Shown: piece by piece, positions 1 to 11,800 of the stretch
Layout of the letters: each line of letters starts with the position of its first letter
Position numbering within the stretch: the stretch's first letter is position 1
Source: Hyaloraphidium curvatum SAG 235-1
Lineage: Eukaryota > Fungi > Monoblepharomycota
Direction: 5' to 3'
Length of the DNA stretch: 64,000 bases
Assembly (NCBI GenBank): GCA_025558095.1
Contig: JAIVFI010000022.1
Span: forward strand, 620,001-684,000
Position numbers and translations under genes: made by a program
Notes under the pieces: model-generated
The model's input: only the letters and a program-made list of their open reading frames with translations
The model's database searches: none
Told to the model about the DNA's origin: nothing

Positions 1-64
1 ACCGAAGGACTGACACGACCGGGCGCCGCGCGATCCGGAAACCGAGTCGACACCGTTTTGCCAA

Positions 65-2303
65 CTACAGCACCGCCCCCATCAGCGCCGCCGCCTTGAG
101 CGAATGCCTCGCCCCCAGGTCCGCCATGATCTCCTCCGACCCGCCCGGGATCGCCGTCCCCCTCACCTCCCTGTACAGCCTTTCGACGCGGCCGCCCTGC
201 CCGCCGCGGGTGTATGCGATGCCTCCCATTACTTGGCACGCTTCGCGGGCGCAGTATTCGAAGGTGCGGGTTGCTTGGAGCTTCAGGAGCTGGAACGCGC
301 GCCCGTAAGGACATGGATCCGGGATTGGGCAGCCGGCACGTACCGCGGTGTGCCCTCCGAGCCTCATGCCCTGAAGGTGCTCCGGCATCTTCTGGAACTG
401 GACTGGCAACGGATCGCCGTCAGCTCCAGCACAACGGGCCGGCGATCGTTCCGCCCACGGGAGAGGAAGTTGCACCACGCGTCCGTGCTCTCGATCTGCC
501 GCGCCATCTGCGCGAACTTGTCCCGGATCACGGGGTGCTCGATCAGCAGCTTGCCGAACGTCTTGCGGCGGTGCTGTCGCGGGAGGGTCAGAGTGGCGGA
601 GGCGAAGGCGGGGAAGAACCGACGGCGTAGTGCAGGGCGTCGGTGTAGACGTTGCGGGCGTGACGGAGGGCGCCGTAGGCGGCGGCGAGCCGTTCGCTTT
701 GTCGGAGGAGTGTCAGATGGCCCATCGCTGGCAAGCGACGCAAAGATCGTACTGGTTGAAGTTCTGCATGATCACCTTGAACCCCTCGTTGAGCTTGCCG
801 ATCAGGTTGCCGACCGGAACCTTCGACAGCTGATCAGCACTCAGATCCCGCGGTCCGCAACAGATTGGAGCCACCTTGTGGTCCTCGAACATCACGTAGC
901 TCGTCCCCGCGAGCCCGCTGGTCTGCGTGTACACGTGCCGCGTTGTCAGCCCGGGGCCGCGCTCGCAGAGGAGGATGGAGATGCCAGCGCCGCCGGGGCC
1001 GCCGGTGCGGACGGCGGTGAGGAAGTAGGTCGCGAAGCGGCCGCCTGCGGTGGCGGTTAGGCACGATCGGGGCGGCAGGTGTCGAACCGACCCGTGATCC
1101 ACTGCAGGCGACTCGAGGGTCAGAAGCCCGTCAACTCCAGGCTCGAAAACGCCCACTTTCTTCTCGCCGTTGACGATAAAGTGCTTCCCGTCCTCGCTCA
1201 GCACCGCCCGCGTCAGCAGCCCCTGCACGTCCGATCCCGCGTGCGGTTCCGTGACCGCCAGCGACATGTGCTGCTCGCCGTTGAGCACCGCCGGGATCAC
1301 CCTGCGCTGCAGCTCGGGGGAGCCGAAGGCCATCAGGGGGGCGATGCCGACGGCGGCGCCGATGGTGATGCCGGCGTTCACGCCGGGGTAGCCTGAGCGG
1401 GTGAGCTCGTCATGAACGATCTGTTCTGGAGGTGGGACGGCGCGTCAGCTGCGGCAAAGGGGTCCCGCGAGAACCACCAACCGTGAAACACGTCAAACTC
1501 CCCCTCGGGCACACCGCCGGGCAGCGCGGGAACGCCGGGGATGTCCTTGACCCTGTTGTCGTGCCCCCACGAAACGGGCCCCGGCATCGCGCGGAGGATG
1601 CCCGCCTTTCCCGCGGCGAGGTGGATCGACTCGGGCAGGTACTCCCCGCGCCGCTCGAACGCCTCCTCCCAGTTGTCCGCGTGGGGGAGGATGTTCTCGG
1701 CGACCCAGGTCCGCATGAAGGCGCGGAGGCGCCGGTGCGAGTCCTTGTAGTCTGGGAGGGAGGGCGGGGAGTCAGAGCGAAGGCCGGACGCGGTCCGGAG
1801 GGCGACCCACAGGGGCTGTAGTTGTCCTGGTACCTGAACAAGGCGATTCATGGTCAGATGTCTCCACGCCGACTGCCGGGGTGGCACCAACCAGGCGGGC
1901 TCGCAGAACGGCGCGAGGTCTCCAAAGACCTCATTGTCTCCCGTCAACCACTGGTTCTTGGGCGCCACCGCCGCCGACGACGCCTTCTGGACCTCCGACA
2001 TGGCGTCCGCCAGGTCCCCGACGTAGAGTTTGGGCAGCCATTGCGCCTCGACCGCCGCCGAGTGGAAGGTGGCGAACTGCTTCGAGCCATCTTTCCCGGC
2101 GACGTTCAGCAGGATCTTCTTGCCGCCCGGGTGCTCCTTCGCGAATTTGGACACGTCGTAGACGCGGCCCTTGATGACAATGTAGGCATCCTGGCGGCCG
2201 AGGAAGGGCAAACTCCGTGAGCCTGGCACGGGGAGGGAGTTTCGCTGACACCCACGCCGTCGGTGTTGTGCCGGGCCACCTCCGTCAGTGTAAGGGAAGG
2301 CAT
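65..2303 (-). CDS. Cytochrome b5 domain-acyl-CoA dehydrogenase fusion (multi-exon), paralog A
   Basis: ATG at 2303 (MPSLTLTEVARHNTDG). b5 motif VYDVSKFAKEHPGG; ACAD motifs LAVTEPHAGSDV, FIVNGEKKWI, NFNHER, QVMGGIAYTRGGQG, IPGGSEEIMADL. GT-AG introns join the ORF pieces. TAG at 65-67. Confidence 0.93.
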
Positions 2304-3023
2304 TTTGGCCCAAAGCTCAGCAAGAACCCAGACGCGTCGGCGCCGGGAGACGGCGGAGCGCGGGGTTTGGATCCGTGGGTGACAAGTGGCGCGTCCCTTC
2401 GCCACCGCGGCCTCCTTCGACGATCGAAAGCAGTTCCAGGATCGCACTGACGACCCGATATCGGGCCTGTATGTCCATCAGAGTGACATAGATGTGGGAC
2501 CGATCGGCCCGTCCGGCTCGTTGGCTGAATCATGGTCTTGCGCAACGCCGTCCCACTTCGGTTGATCTGTTAGAACGCCTTCTGCCCTCGCGAGCGCCAT
2601 CCGAACCCACAGGAGCATAAGAAAGTCCCCATTGTTCGTGTCGAACATTCTCCGGGACGATCTGGAGGCACATGTGGGGCAAATGGGGAGTTTTCGGTAA
2701 ATCAGTTTGGATTACGCGAGGGGCCAGCTCGGCGCTCGGGTCAACAAGCGTCGCCCACCACACCCCGCGGCCCGCACAGCGACCCCGGAAACCGCTATCG
2801 CCGATCATTTTTGGCGAGGATTGAATTTACTGGACATTCTGTGTGCCTCGCCGCGCGGAACTGGGCGGAATGGGGCCACCAGACCGTTGGCGAACGGAAG
2901 GCTCGGAAGAAGCAAACGATTACCCGCGCCTAGGGACGGGCGGCGTGATAAAGGGGCGGACCCGCCGCGGTGGCCCCCAGCAAACACTCCGCTTTCATCA
3001 CTTTGCAACCTCCTCTTCCAATC

Positions 3024-5305
3024 ATGGCCGCAAAGGTTGCTCCTAACGGCGACGTCGCGTTGGACATGCGCCTGCCGACGTCGGCGTCCCTCGCCCCTCC
3101 CTCCGGGGTCGAAGTTCGATTCTCCGACCTATCCTACACCGTCGACGTGCCCGACAAAGAGGCCAAGAAGCCGAAGTTCCCCAACCCGTTCGCGCGCACG
3201 CCCCTGCTGCCGAAGCGGATCCTGGACTCGGTGTCGGGCATCTTCGAGCCGGGAAAGCTGACGGCCATCATGGGCGCTAGCGGTGAGCCTCTTGACAGGC
3301 GAACATTGTCCTTTCACGCCTCCTGACACCATTTGGCTCGTGCAGGCGCCGGCAAGACCAGCCTTCTGCAGGTTCTGGCCGGGGAAGCGAAAGCCGGCCA
3401 CATAGCGGGCTCTCTCCTCATCAATGGACGGACTGCAACCCCCAAGGAGCTCAAGAACCTTAGCGGACTGGTCTTCCAGGACGACGTGGTTGGTTCTGCC
3501 GTGCCCCATCTGTTTCTGCCCGTCCTGACGACGGCGTCGTGCAGATCCTGCAGACGATGACGGTTCGAGAGGCCCTCACCATGGCGGCGATTCTCCGCCT
3601 CCCCTCCGACTACACCAAGCCCGAGCGGGAGCAACGGGTTGTCGAGGTGCTCGAGATGCTGAAGCTCGAGAAGGCCGCGGACACCATCGTCGGCAACTCC
3701 GAGCTCAAGGGCATTTCCGGCGGCGAACGCAAGCGGCTCGCGATCGGCATGGAGCTCATCTCCAACCCGCCGCTGCTGTGGGCCGACGAGCCGACTTCGG
3801 GCCTCGACGCCTTCACCGCCAACAAGGTCGTCGAGATCCTGCGCGACCTCGCGCACAGCGGCCGCACCGTCGTCGCCACCGTGCACCAACCGAGCGCGGA
3901 GACCTTCTTCATGTTCGACGACCTCCTTCTCCTGTCGCAAGGTCGGATCATGTACCACGGCCCGGTCAACGGCCTCCTCGAGCACTTCGAGGCCCTGGGG
4001 TACCCCGTTCCCCTGTACTCGGTACGTTCTCGAATCTGTGCACGTCGTGGACCGGCTCTGACTTTTTCTCGCCAGAACCCGATCGACTACATCTTCATGC
4101 ACGTCCTCTCCGTCTTCACCTCCACCCCGTATCCCGCCACCATGAAGCACCCGGACCCCACGGCCATGGAGCCGGCCGAGACCCGGATCAACCGCCTCCT
4201 GGACGCCTGGCCGACCACCCCGGCCTATGCCCGCCTGCAGGCGCGGTTCGCGCGGCCGCCGCCCTCGACCGATCCCTCGGCGACCGTCAAGTCGACCCGT
4301 TCCATCTGGATCCAGATCGGGTACCTGGCGAAGCGCACGGCCAAGAACGTGATCCGCAACGAGCACGTCGTCAAGACCAAGACCGCCCAGGCCATCATCT
4401 TCGGCCTGATCATGGGGCTCACGTACCTGGACCTCCCGAGCAAGGATCCCGCTGCCGCCATGCAGAACTACAGCGGCGTGCTCTTCTTCATGGCCATGAT
4501 CCAGGTCATGAACAACGCCACGGGGATCCTGAACGTGTTCGGCGAGGAGAAGGCGGTCTTCCGGCGGGAAAGCGGGTCGGGTTACTACGGCCTCCCGGCG
4601 TTCTTCATCAGCAAGATCATCGTGGAGACGCCCATGGCGATGGTGAGCTTCGCTGCCCGCAGCCTGCTTTCGCAGTAATCGCTGACTTCGATCCCCTCAA
4701 GTTCTTCGCAGTTCTCCTCTCCACAATCATGTACTGGCTCATCGGCCTCCCGGCCAACGCCGCGAGCTACTTCATCTCCATGATCATCTGCGCGCTCTCC
4801 GCCGTCTCGGGCATGTTCATCGGCATCATGCTGGCGTCGATCTTCGACTCGCTGCAGGTCGCGCTGAGCCTGACGCCGATGATCCTGACGCCCCTGATGC
4901 TGTTTTCGGGGCTGTTTGTGAACTCGGGCACCATCCCAGCCTGTGAGTTCATCATCGCTCGCGCCTTCTGGCTTGAAGCTCACCCCGCTCTCTCCTTCCT
5001 CAGATTTCGCATGGATCCGATGGATCTCGCCCGTCAAGTACGGATTCGAAGGACTGGTGAAGCAGCTCACGCCGCAGTTCGTCGTCCCCCTCGGATTCGA
5101 CGACGGACTCTCCGTGGCCGCCATCTGTGGCATCCTGGTGGCCTTCAGCGCCATCCTGATGGGCATCTCGTACCTCGGGCTGTGGCGGGTGACCTACTTT
5201 GCCTCGAGGTCGGCAAAGTGGCAGCGGGTGGACAAGTCGGCGGGGAGCAAGGAGGTGGCGGCTGCTGGGGGGGCGACTATTCCTCGGGGCGACCAGGCAG
5301 TCTGA
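3024..5305 (+). CDS. ABCG (White-like) half-size ABC transporter, NBD-TMD order
   Basis: Walker A GASGAGKT split by an intron, signature ISGGERKR, Walker B WADEPTSGLD, VATVHQP, then ABC2 membrane domain (RESGSGYY, FSGLFVN, WISPVKYGFE). Confidence 0.93.
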
Positions 5306-5378
5306 ACAATGTGAGAGACGCAGTGCAAGTTCGTGTTGACTTCAGTCTGTACAATGAGAATCCCATGCACAATGATGT

Positions 5379-6145
5379 CTACAACAGCGTCAAAAAGACC
5401 GCTGCCACGCCCACGAAGATGGTGACGAGGGCACGGCCGGCATGTTTGGAGGCGTCCGCGGAGCCTGGTATCGGGCTCGGGTTGACGAAGGCCGAGCGCG
5501 TCTGGCCAGCAGGGCTGGCACCTGTTGTCGTTGCTGCGCTCCGGGTGGTCGTCGGAGCCGGAGCTCCGGTCCCGCAGTAGGCGTCGATGCCTTCCTGGTT
5601 GCCAGCTTCCTTCATCCCCTCGCAGGTGCAGACCGCCGGCGACTGACCCTGTCCAGGGCCAGAGGTGGTGTTTGCGATGCGAGCACCCGTGTCGACATGG
5701 GCGCAGAAGCATTGCCTGGGCGGGCGGTGGAGTCAGTCAATCGAAGCTACGCTTCCTGCGAGTTGACATACCCCGTAGAACCCCAGCACTGCTGCTTCTC
5801 GTAGTCCCCGGCATCGTCACACTGTGGGCAATAGCCGCCGACCATCATCCCGCCGCAGCGCCCTTCCTTCACGAGCTCCGCGAGCTTCGCGGCGCACGCC
5901 CGCGGGCACGGCGTTTCCCAGACGCGGACGCACTCGTTGAGGGCGGGGCAGAAGGAGTAGCCGGCGCCAGTGAGGCAGCCGCCAGCGTCCGTGGAGCCGC
6001 CGATGACCGGAGGGCGGTCCTGGGCGGAGCCGGTGCTGGGCACGGGCTGCACCGGGGGCACGGCCTGCCCGCGGACGCGAGGGGCCGCGAAGAGGACGGC
6101 GAGGGCGGCCAGCGGGAGCAGCCGATAGAAGAATGTCCGTCGCAT
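5379..6145 (-). CDS. Secreted, probably GPI-anchored Cys-rich protein with a thyroglobulin type-1 domain
   Basis: Signal peptide MRRTFFYRLLPLAALAVLFAAPRVRG. Spliced sequence YCPQCDDAGDYEKQQCWGSTG|QCFCAHVDTG. Thr/Ala-rich stalk and hydrophobic C-terminus LVTIFVGVAAVFLTLL. Confidence 0.75.
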
Positions 6146-6325
6146 GGTTCGAGTACGATTTCCTGTCATTGCAAGGCTGTTCGAGGTGGTGTTCGAAAGA
6201 CCCTTCCCTCGGCGGAGTCACGCTTCGCCACAGTCGTTCGCTGACTCCTTCGGGACGCAGTCCCCGGATCGATCGATCCAAGCTTCCATCCATGTCCGTA
6301 TACATCTCTGCCTTCCGAGGACAAA

Positions 6326-7531
6326 CTACAGAGATTCGGCCGGCTGCTCATCCAGGCTCCTGAGCCACGCCACGACGCCAGCATCAAGGTCCGCGAAAGG
6401 CACCCTGGACGGCCCCGGCTCGCCATCCGGACCGGCGCAAAAGAGCCTCGGGCTGACCCGTTCCATCACCTCGCCCGTCCACTTCCCATCCCCGCCATGT
6501 TTGGATTCGAGAGCGTCCAAATCGCGCGCGAGGGCAGCGAAACCACTAGCAGGCCGCTCTGCCACACGCCGGGAGACCACGCGCACGCGCGATTCGTAGC
6601 GGAAGTACAGCACAGGAATGTTCCGGTAGGAAACGAGCAGGCGATGCCGTTCATGTTCGCGCGGCAAGAACGAGAGGAAGGCCACGGAGTGAGGGAAAAC
6701 GGATGGGTGCGCGGTCGGGTTGGGCGAATGCGGTAGGACAAGGTCGCCGGGAAAGATTACCGAGGCATAGTCCAGATCCGGATGTGCCGAGAAAGAGAGA
6801 GGTTCCAAGCCGGCTTCGGTGACGGATCGTTCACGGAGGAGGTCCAACGTCCGGGAGATCGCCGACCAGTCGGGACCCCACACTTCCTGGTGTCGTCCTT
6901 CCCGGACGTCCAAAATCAGTCCGGAGAGGCGCGACAACAGATCGGAATAGAGATCCCCGACGACGTCCGGCCTCGACTTCGTTCCGTCTCCCCACACCGC
7001 AGCCGGGGGGTAGGGAGCCTTGCCTTCCCTGCTGCTTTGCACCGCAGACGGCTGTCGGTACCGCCCCATGATCAGACCCAGCAGAACGACCAGTTTCCCC
7101 GCCAACTCGGCCTCGGGAGAGAGCGAACCGCCCGCGTGCGCCAGCCGCGAAAAGTCGCCGCAGGTGGCCATTGCCGAGAGCAGCCCCGCGTTCTCGTTAG
7201 CGAAAGCGGGTTCGATGAGAACAAAGAGGGATAACAGGCCGTCCTCGTCGGCGTGGTTGACGGTGACGGGGAGCGACGCCGGCAGGGACGTGCCCGCGAG
7301 CTCCGCGTGCTTCGACGCGATTTCCGCCAAGCCGGTCCCCCGATCCGAAAGAAACGCCAGGCAGGTCTCGGTTGACGTGTCCCGTTTGTACACCGCGGGC
7401 GTGATGTTGGGGTTCGAGTGGCTCAGGTTCAGGAGCGTGGACGCGTCGGGGATGCAGTCCGCCGTCACGTGCGGGGTGGCGGCGGCGACCAGGGTGTGGT
7501 GGGGCGCGTAGAAGAACTTTGGCGAAGCCAT
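6326..7531 (-). CDS. Intronless DUF6687-like (DHH-related) protein of bacterial type
   Basis: About 400 aa single ORF with motifs LNLSH...TP...DTSTE, VTVNHADEDGLLSLF and ATCGDF, recalled as resembling bacterial DUF6687. Confidence 0.6.
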   Translation of the reverse strand: MASPKFFYAPHHTLVAAATPHVTADCIPDASTLLNLSHSNPNITPAVYKRDTSTETCLAFLSDRGTGLAEIASKHAELAGTSLPASLPVTVNHADEDGLLSLFVLIEPAFANENAGLLSAMATCGDFSRLAHAGGSLSPEAELAGKLVVLLGLIMGRYRQPSAVQSSREGKAPYPPAAVWGDGTKSRPDVVGDLYSDLLSRLSGLILDVREGRHQEVWGPDWSAISRTLDLLRERSVTEAGLEPLSFSAHPDLDYASVIFPGDLVLPHSPNPTAHPSVFPHSVAFLSFLPREHERHRLLVSYRNIPVLYFRYESRVRVVSRRVAERPASGFAALARDLDALESKHGGDGKWTGEVMERVSPRLFCAGPDGEPGPSRVPFADLDAGVVAWLRSLDEQPAESL

Positions 7532-7708
7532 CGTCGCCTTCAACAGCGGGGAGGAGGTGGGAGACGCCGAGAACGATTGGCAAGGACTTCAGATCGTGCT
7601 GGGCCGAACGCTGTCCCATGGCGAGGCGTCTTGCTGCTAGTCAGCTCTGGCCAGCTTCTCACGTTGCAGAAAAACAGTCGCGATGCAGGAGAAGCGACTC
7701 GCGCGCGC

Positions 7709-8633
7709 CTAGTCGTTGCTGTCCCAACCGTCTTCCTCCTCGCTGTCCCTCGAGCCGTCTCCCTCGGACTCGCTCGCTTCGTCGCTTTCCCCCTCGCCCC
7801 CCTGCTCGCTCTCGCTGGGTTCAAACTCCGCGGCCGATGGATCGGCCCACATTCCAGCATCCCACATCTCCTCAATCAGCCACTGGTCCGGGCAGCTCAA
7901 GGTCCCCAGGAGCTCATGCACGCGCGCCGCCGAGGGCCTCAGGCAACCGATCGCCAGATCGAAAGCTGAGTGAGATGTTCACTTCTTCGATGCGGTAGTG
8001 CGAAACGCGTATGGCCTGGTCTGCGAGGTGCCAGCAGAGCTTCGCCGCCTGATCGTCCGCGAAGGAGAAATCGAGGACGCGGATCGAGCGGGGGACGTAC
8101 TTGAAAACGTTCGACTTGACAAAATCCTCGATGTAATCGATGAATGCGGCGGTGAACTCGTCGCTGCTGCGGTTCCTGTTCCATCGGCACGCGAGGTGCA
8201 CTGCGAGGCTCGAGAACGGCAGCGGAGACTTCTTGTCCGCGTACTCCACGTTGTCCAACAAGTTGAACACCGCGACGGCGTCACCCGAGAGCTCCAGCCT
8301 CCTGGCGCGACCGAGGGAAGGGGAGCTGGCGATATCGACGAACAGGAGCTCCTTGTGGCGGTCCAGGACGAGCTCCAGCACCTCCGGTCCCACGAACTCC
8401 GACCCCTTTCTCTGCAGAAAGCTCAGCGTAGCATCGGCAGTGCTCGGCGTTGCCCGAATCCTGCGCACGATTTTGCTTCGTGCGAGTTCGCGTGTGGCCT
8501 TCGAGGCGCGTGCAAAGGTCGCCAGAGTGCCGGCGTGGCCGCGAGACGCGAGGACGGACATCATGTGCAGCAAGATCTCCGGAAGGAGGCGCGGCGTAGA
8601 GCTCTCGGCGAGGGGACGGGGGGGAGGTGGCAT
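7709..8633 (-). CDS. F-box-like hypothetical protein with acidic tail; apparent frameshift near 7920
   Basis: PRLLPEILLHMM...LATFARASK F-box-like start. ORF stops at 7914 while an overlapping frame continues VHELLGTLSCPD...EEEDGWDSND to 7709. Confidence 0.45.
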
Positions 8634-8819
8634 CTTTCCGGTTTTGCTTGCCGACCGGGCGAACCTGCTGGGCAAAATCACCGATGACGCATTCCAACAG
8701 AAGCTCCCATCACTTTATCACGAACATGCGCAGCTACATGCCGCCGCCTCTAGGTATCGGTGGTAAGTACAAGGTGGAACACTCTAAGACCAAGTGCGCG
8801 AGACCGTGCCGCGTCCGCT

Positions 8820-11800
8820 TCATGTCCGTTTCGGGGATTCTGGGCCAGCCGGATTCCCCTGGCCGCCCTCGACCGGGAGCGGCGAAAGCATTACAACCGA
8901 CGACAGGTTCGACGAAAGCGACTGCTGCGAGCCCGCGACGGCGCCCTCCGATGCGCCGGCAACTGTGTCCAAGGACGCCATTGGGGTGCTGCCTCCCTGC
9001 TGCGCCCCGGCTGGAAGAGACAACGAGCCGGCCGAGCTCGCAGTCGTCACGGGGTTTACCCCCTTCTGCGGAGATGCGGGCGCCGGGATCTGCTGCATCT
9101 GAAGCGGCGCTGTCCGGCTCGACGTCGGCGAAGACTCGGCGCGCGGCATCCGCTCCGCCGGGGATCCAGGGTTGAGGATGTCCAGCGTGGGCAGGCTCCG
9201 AACGAAATTGGCGTCCGCAGCGAGGGCCGACAGGCGGCGATCGTCCCCTCCAGTCGGGTTGGAGCGTGCCGAAGAGGGAGGGACGCCGAAAAAGTTGTTC
9301 GACGAGCTCGGGTTGCTGCCAATGCTGCTCCGGTCCGTACGGCTCATCGTCCTCCGGAGCCTGGGAAAGGTGTGAGCTTTATCCGGAAGCGAGGAACAGG
9401 TGCACCCACTTTTCCTTAATGCGCGCGCCCAGGATGATGATCGAAGCCCCGCGTCCTTGGGAGAAAGAGAATCCGCGGTGCGGAACGATGGTGTCCGTCT
9501 GCATGTCCCGGATGTTGGCCGACGTGCCCCGTGTGACCCGAAGCGCTTCCTCCGGCAAGCCAGGAACAGACGCCGCGGAAGAGATGGTGCTCATAAAGTT
9601 GACGTTCGGCGGCGCGGAGGTCGGTGCTGCCGTCTCGGGCAAGTCCGAAGGCGTCGGTGCCGCGACAAGCACGGGCGGGGCAACCGCCAAAGGGTAGGAA
9701 GGAGCGCGCAGCACGCCGGGATGAGGCTGCAAGGCAATCGAAGGCGACGCCGGCACTGAGCCCGATAGTGTCGACGGCGGCGCGGGAACGTAGTGCTCGT
9801 CGCTGTCGTCCGGTGGCCGTGACGTTTCGATCGCCCACTCCAGCTCGTCCTCCATCTTGTACTTCTGCACCTCCTCGATGATGTTGATGTCGGTGGGCCA
9901 GTAGTTGCGGAAGTAGTAGAGGTAGGTGAGGCGGGGGCCCTGCATCGCGACCGTGACGAGGAGGAAGGTCATCCAGAAGACCATGCTGCCAAAGACTTGC
10001 TGCGCCTGACCCCAGGCGTAGGTCAGCACGCTCTGCGAGTAGATGGGCACATAGGCAAAGATGGCAACGATCCCAACGCCGATGCAGACGACTTGAGGCC
10101 ATGTCCTGCGAGACGGCGCGGTCAAGAAAAGGCAGACGAAGGCGACGCAGAGAAGCGAACCATGAAGAGCTGTTGATCCCGACAAACAGGTTGGCGTTGA
10201 CGATGGCAGCAATGGCCATGGTGGTGCCCATCTGGAACTGGTCCGAGATCTGGCCGTTGGCCTGAACGATTTCCTCCCCGTACGCCGCAATGACGAAGAA
10301 GTAGAGGATGATGGACTGCATGAACCCCTCAAACATGAACAGCCAGAACCGCCTGGCATTGAACCAGTGCTGCTTGATCCCGTAGATGTGGAGCGGCGGC
10401 ACGTCCTCCACGTAGCGCGCGTCCAGGTCGCGGTCAAAGATGCCCAGTCCAATCACAGAAAGGGCCGTGAAAAACGTCTGGTAGAAGAGGAGGTAGTTGA
10501 AGTCGATGATGTAGGAGTTGGAGAACCCGCAGTAGAACTGGTAGAGGAAGAGGGGGATCGTGATGATGAGGTTCTGCAATGGCGCGAAGTCAGCGTCCGT
10601 CCTGTTTCCCCAACGGAGGGACAAACCTTGTAGAAGAAGGTGAATACCATCTCCGCGGTCCGCCGGTAGTTCCAATGCCCGTGAACCAACAGAAGCCTGG
10701 TAAGGAAGCGGAACTGGGCGATGGCGTAGTCGCTCGCGGCGACCGCCTGCAAACCCTCCTCTCCGGCAATGCCCACGCCGATATCGGCGGACTTGAATCC
10801 CGAAGTCAGCCTCGGGCGCCAGCGGCGGCAACGGAAACCCACCTGAATCATGGACACGTCGTTCGCGCCGTCCCCGATCGCAAGGCACATGACCTGCTTT
10901 CGGAGCTTGACGAGCTCGACCACCTGCGCCTTCTGGAGCGGCGACACGCGGCAGCAGATGACGGCCGCACAGTGCGTGATAAGCTCCAGGAGCACGTCCG
11001 CGTTGTAGCCTTCGAGCGCCGTCTTGAGGGCGAGGCCGTCGATGACCAGGGCCAGCCGCGGCGGCACGCCCTCCATGTTCTTGCTCCGCCAGGGCTCGTG
11101 GTACGGCCGGACGAAAGACTCCAGGGCCTCGCGGATCTGCTTCATCGTCGGGCTGACGTCACCGAGCGGCGTGCCCGGAGCCGGCGCCTCGGTCGCCTCC
11201 TCCTTGAAGCCCTTGACCGTGATGACGTGCATGCTCTTGTCGAGCAGGTTGCAGGAAAACCCGATGTTGATGGCCGTCTCCATCTTGTCCCCGGTGAGCA
11301 CGCACACGTGGATGCCCGCCTGGAGCATGGTCGCGATCGCCTCGGGCACGCCGTCCTGGAGCTTGTCCTCGATGGCAGTGGACCCGAGCAGCACGAGGTC
11401 GCGCTCGATCTCCGCGGCGCAGGCGTCCACCTTGGCCTCGCGGCCGACGAGAGCGAGCGAGGCCTCGTGGTAACGCGCCTGCCACTCCTGGTAGTCGTCC
11501 TCGTGGAGCTCGCGGTATGCCAGAACGAGGGTCCTCAGACCCTGCTCGGCAAAGTAGTCCAGGTGCTCCGTGGTCCGCTCCATGACCTGCTTCTGGTCCG
11601 CCGCCAGCCGCTCGTACATGACCGCGTCGGCGCCCTTGCAGTAGACCACGATCGTGTCGTCCGGCCGGCGCACGATGACGCTCATCCGCTTGCGGTCCGA
11701 GTTGAACTCGAGCACGTTGAGCACCTCGTAGACGCGTTCCTCCCCGAACACGTCCAGCACGATTCCGTTCTGCTCCCGGGCCACGAAAGCGATGCCGAAG

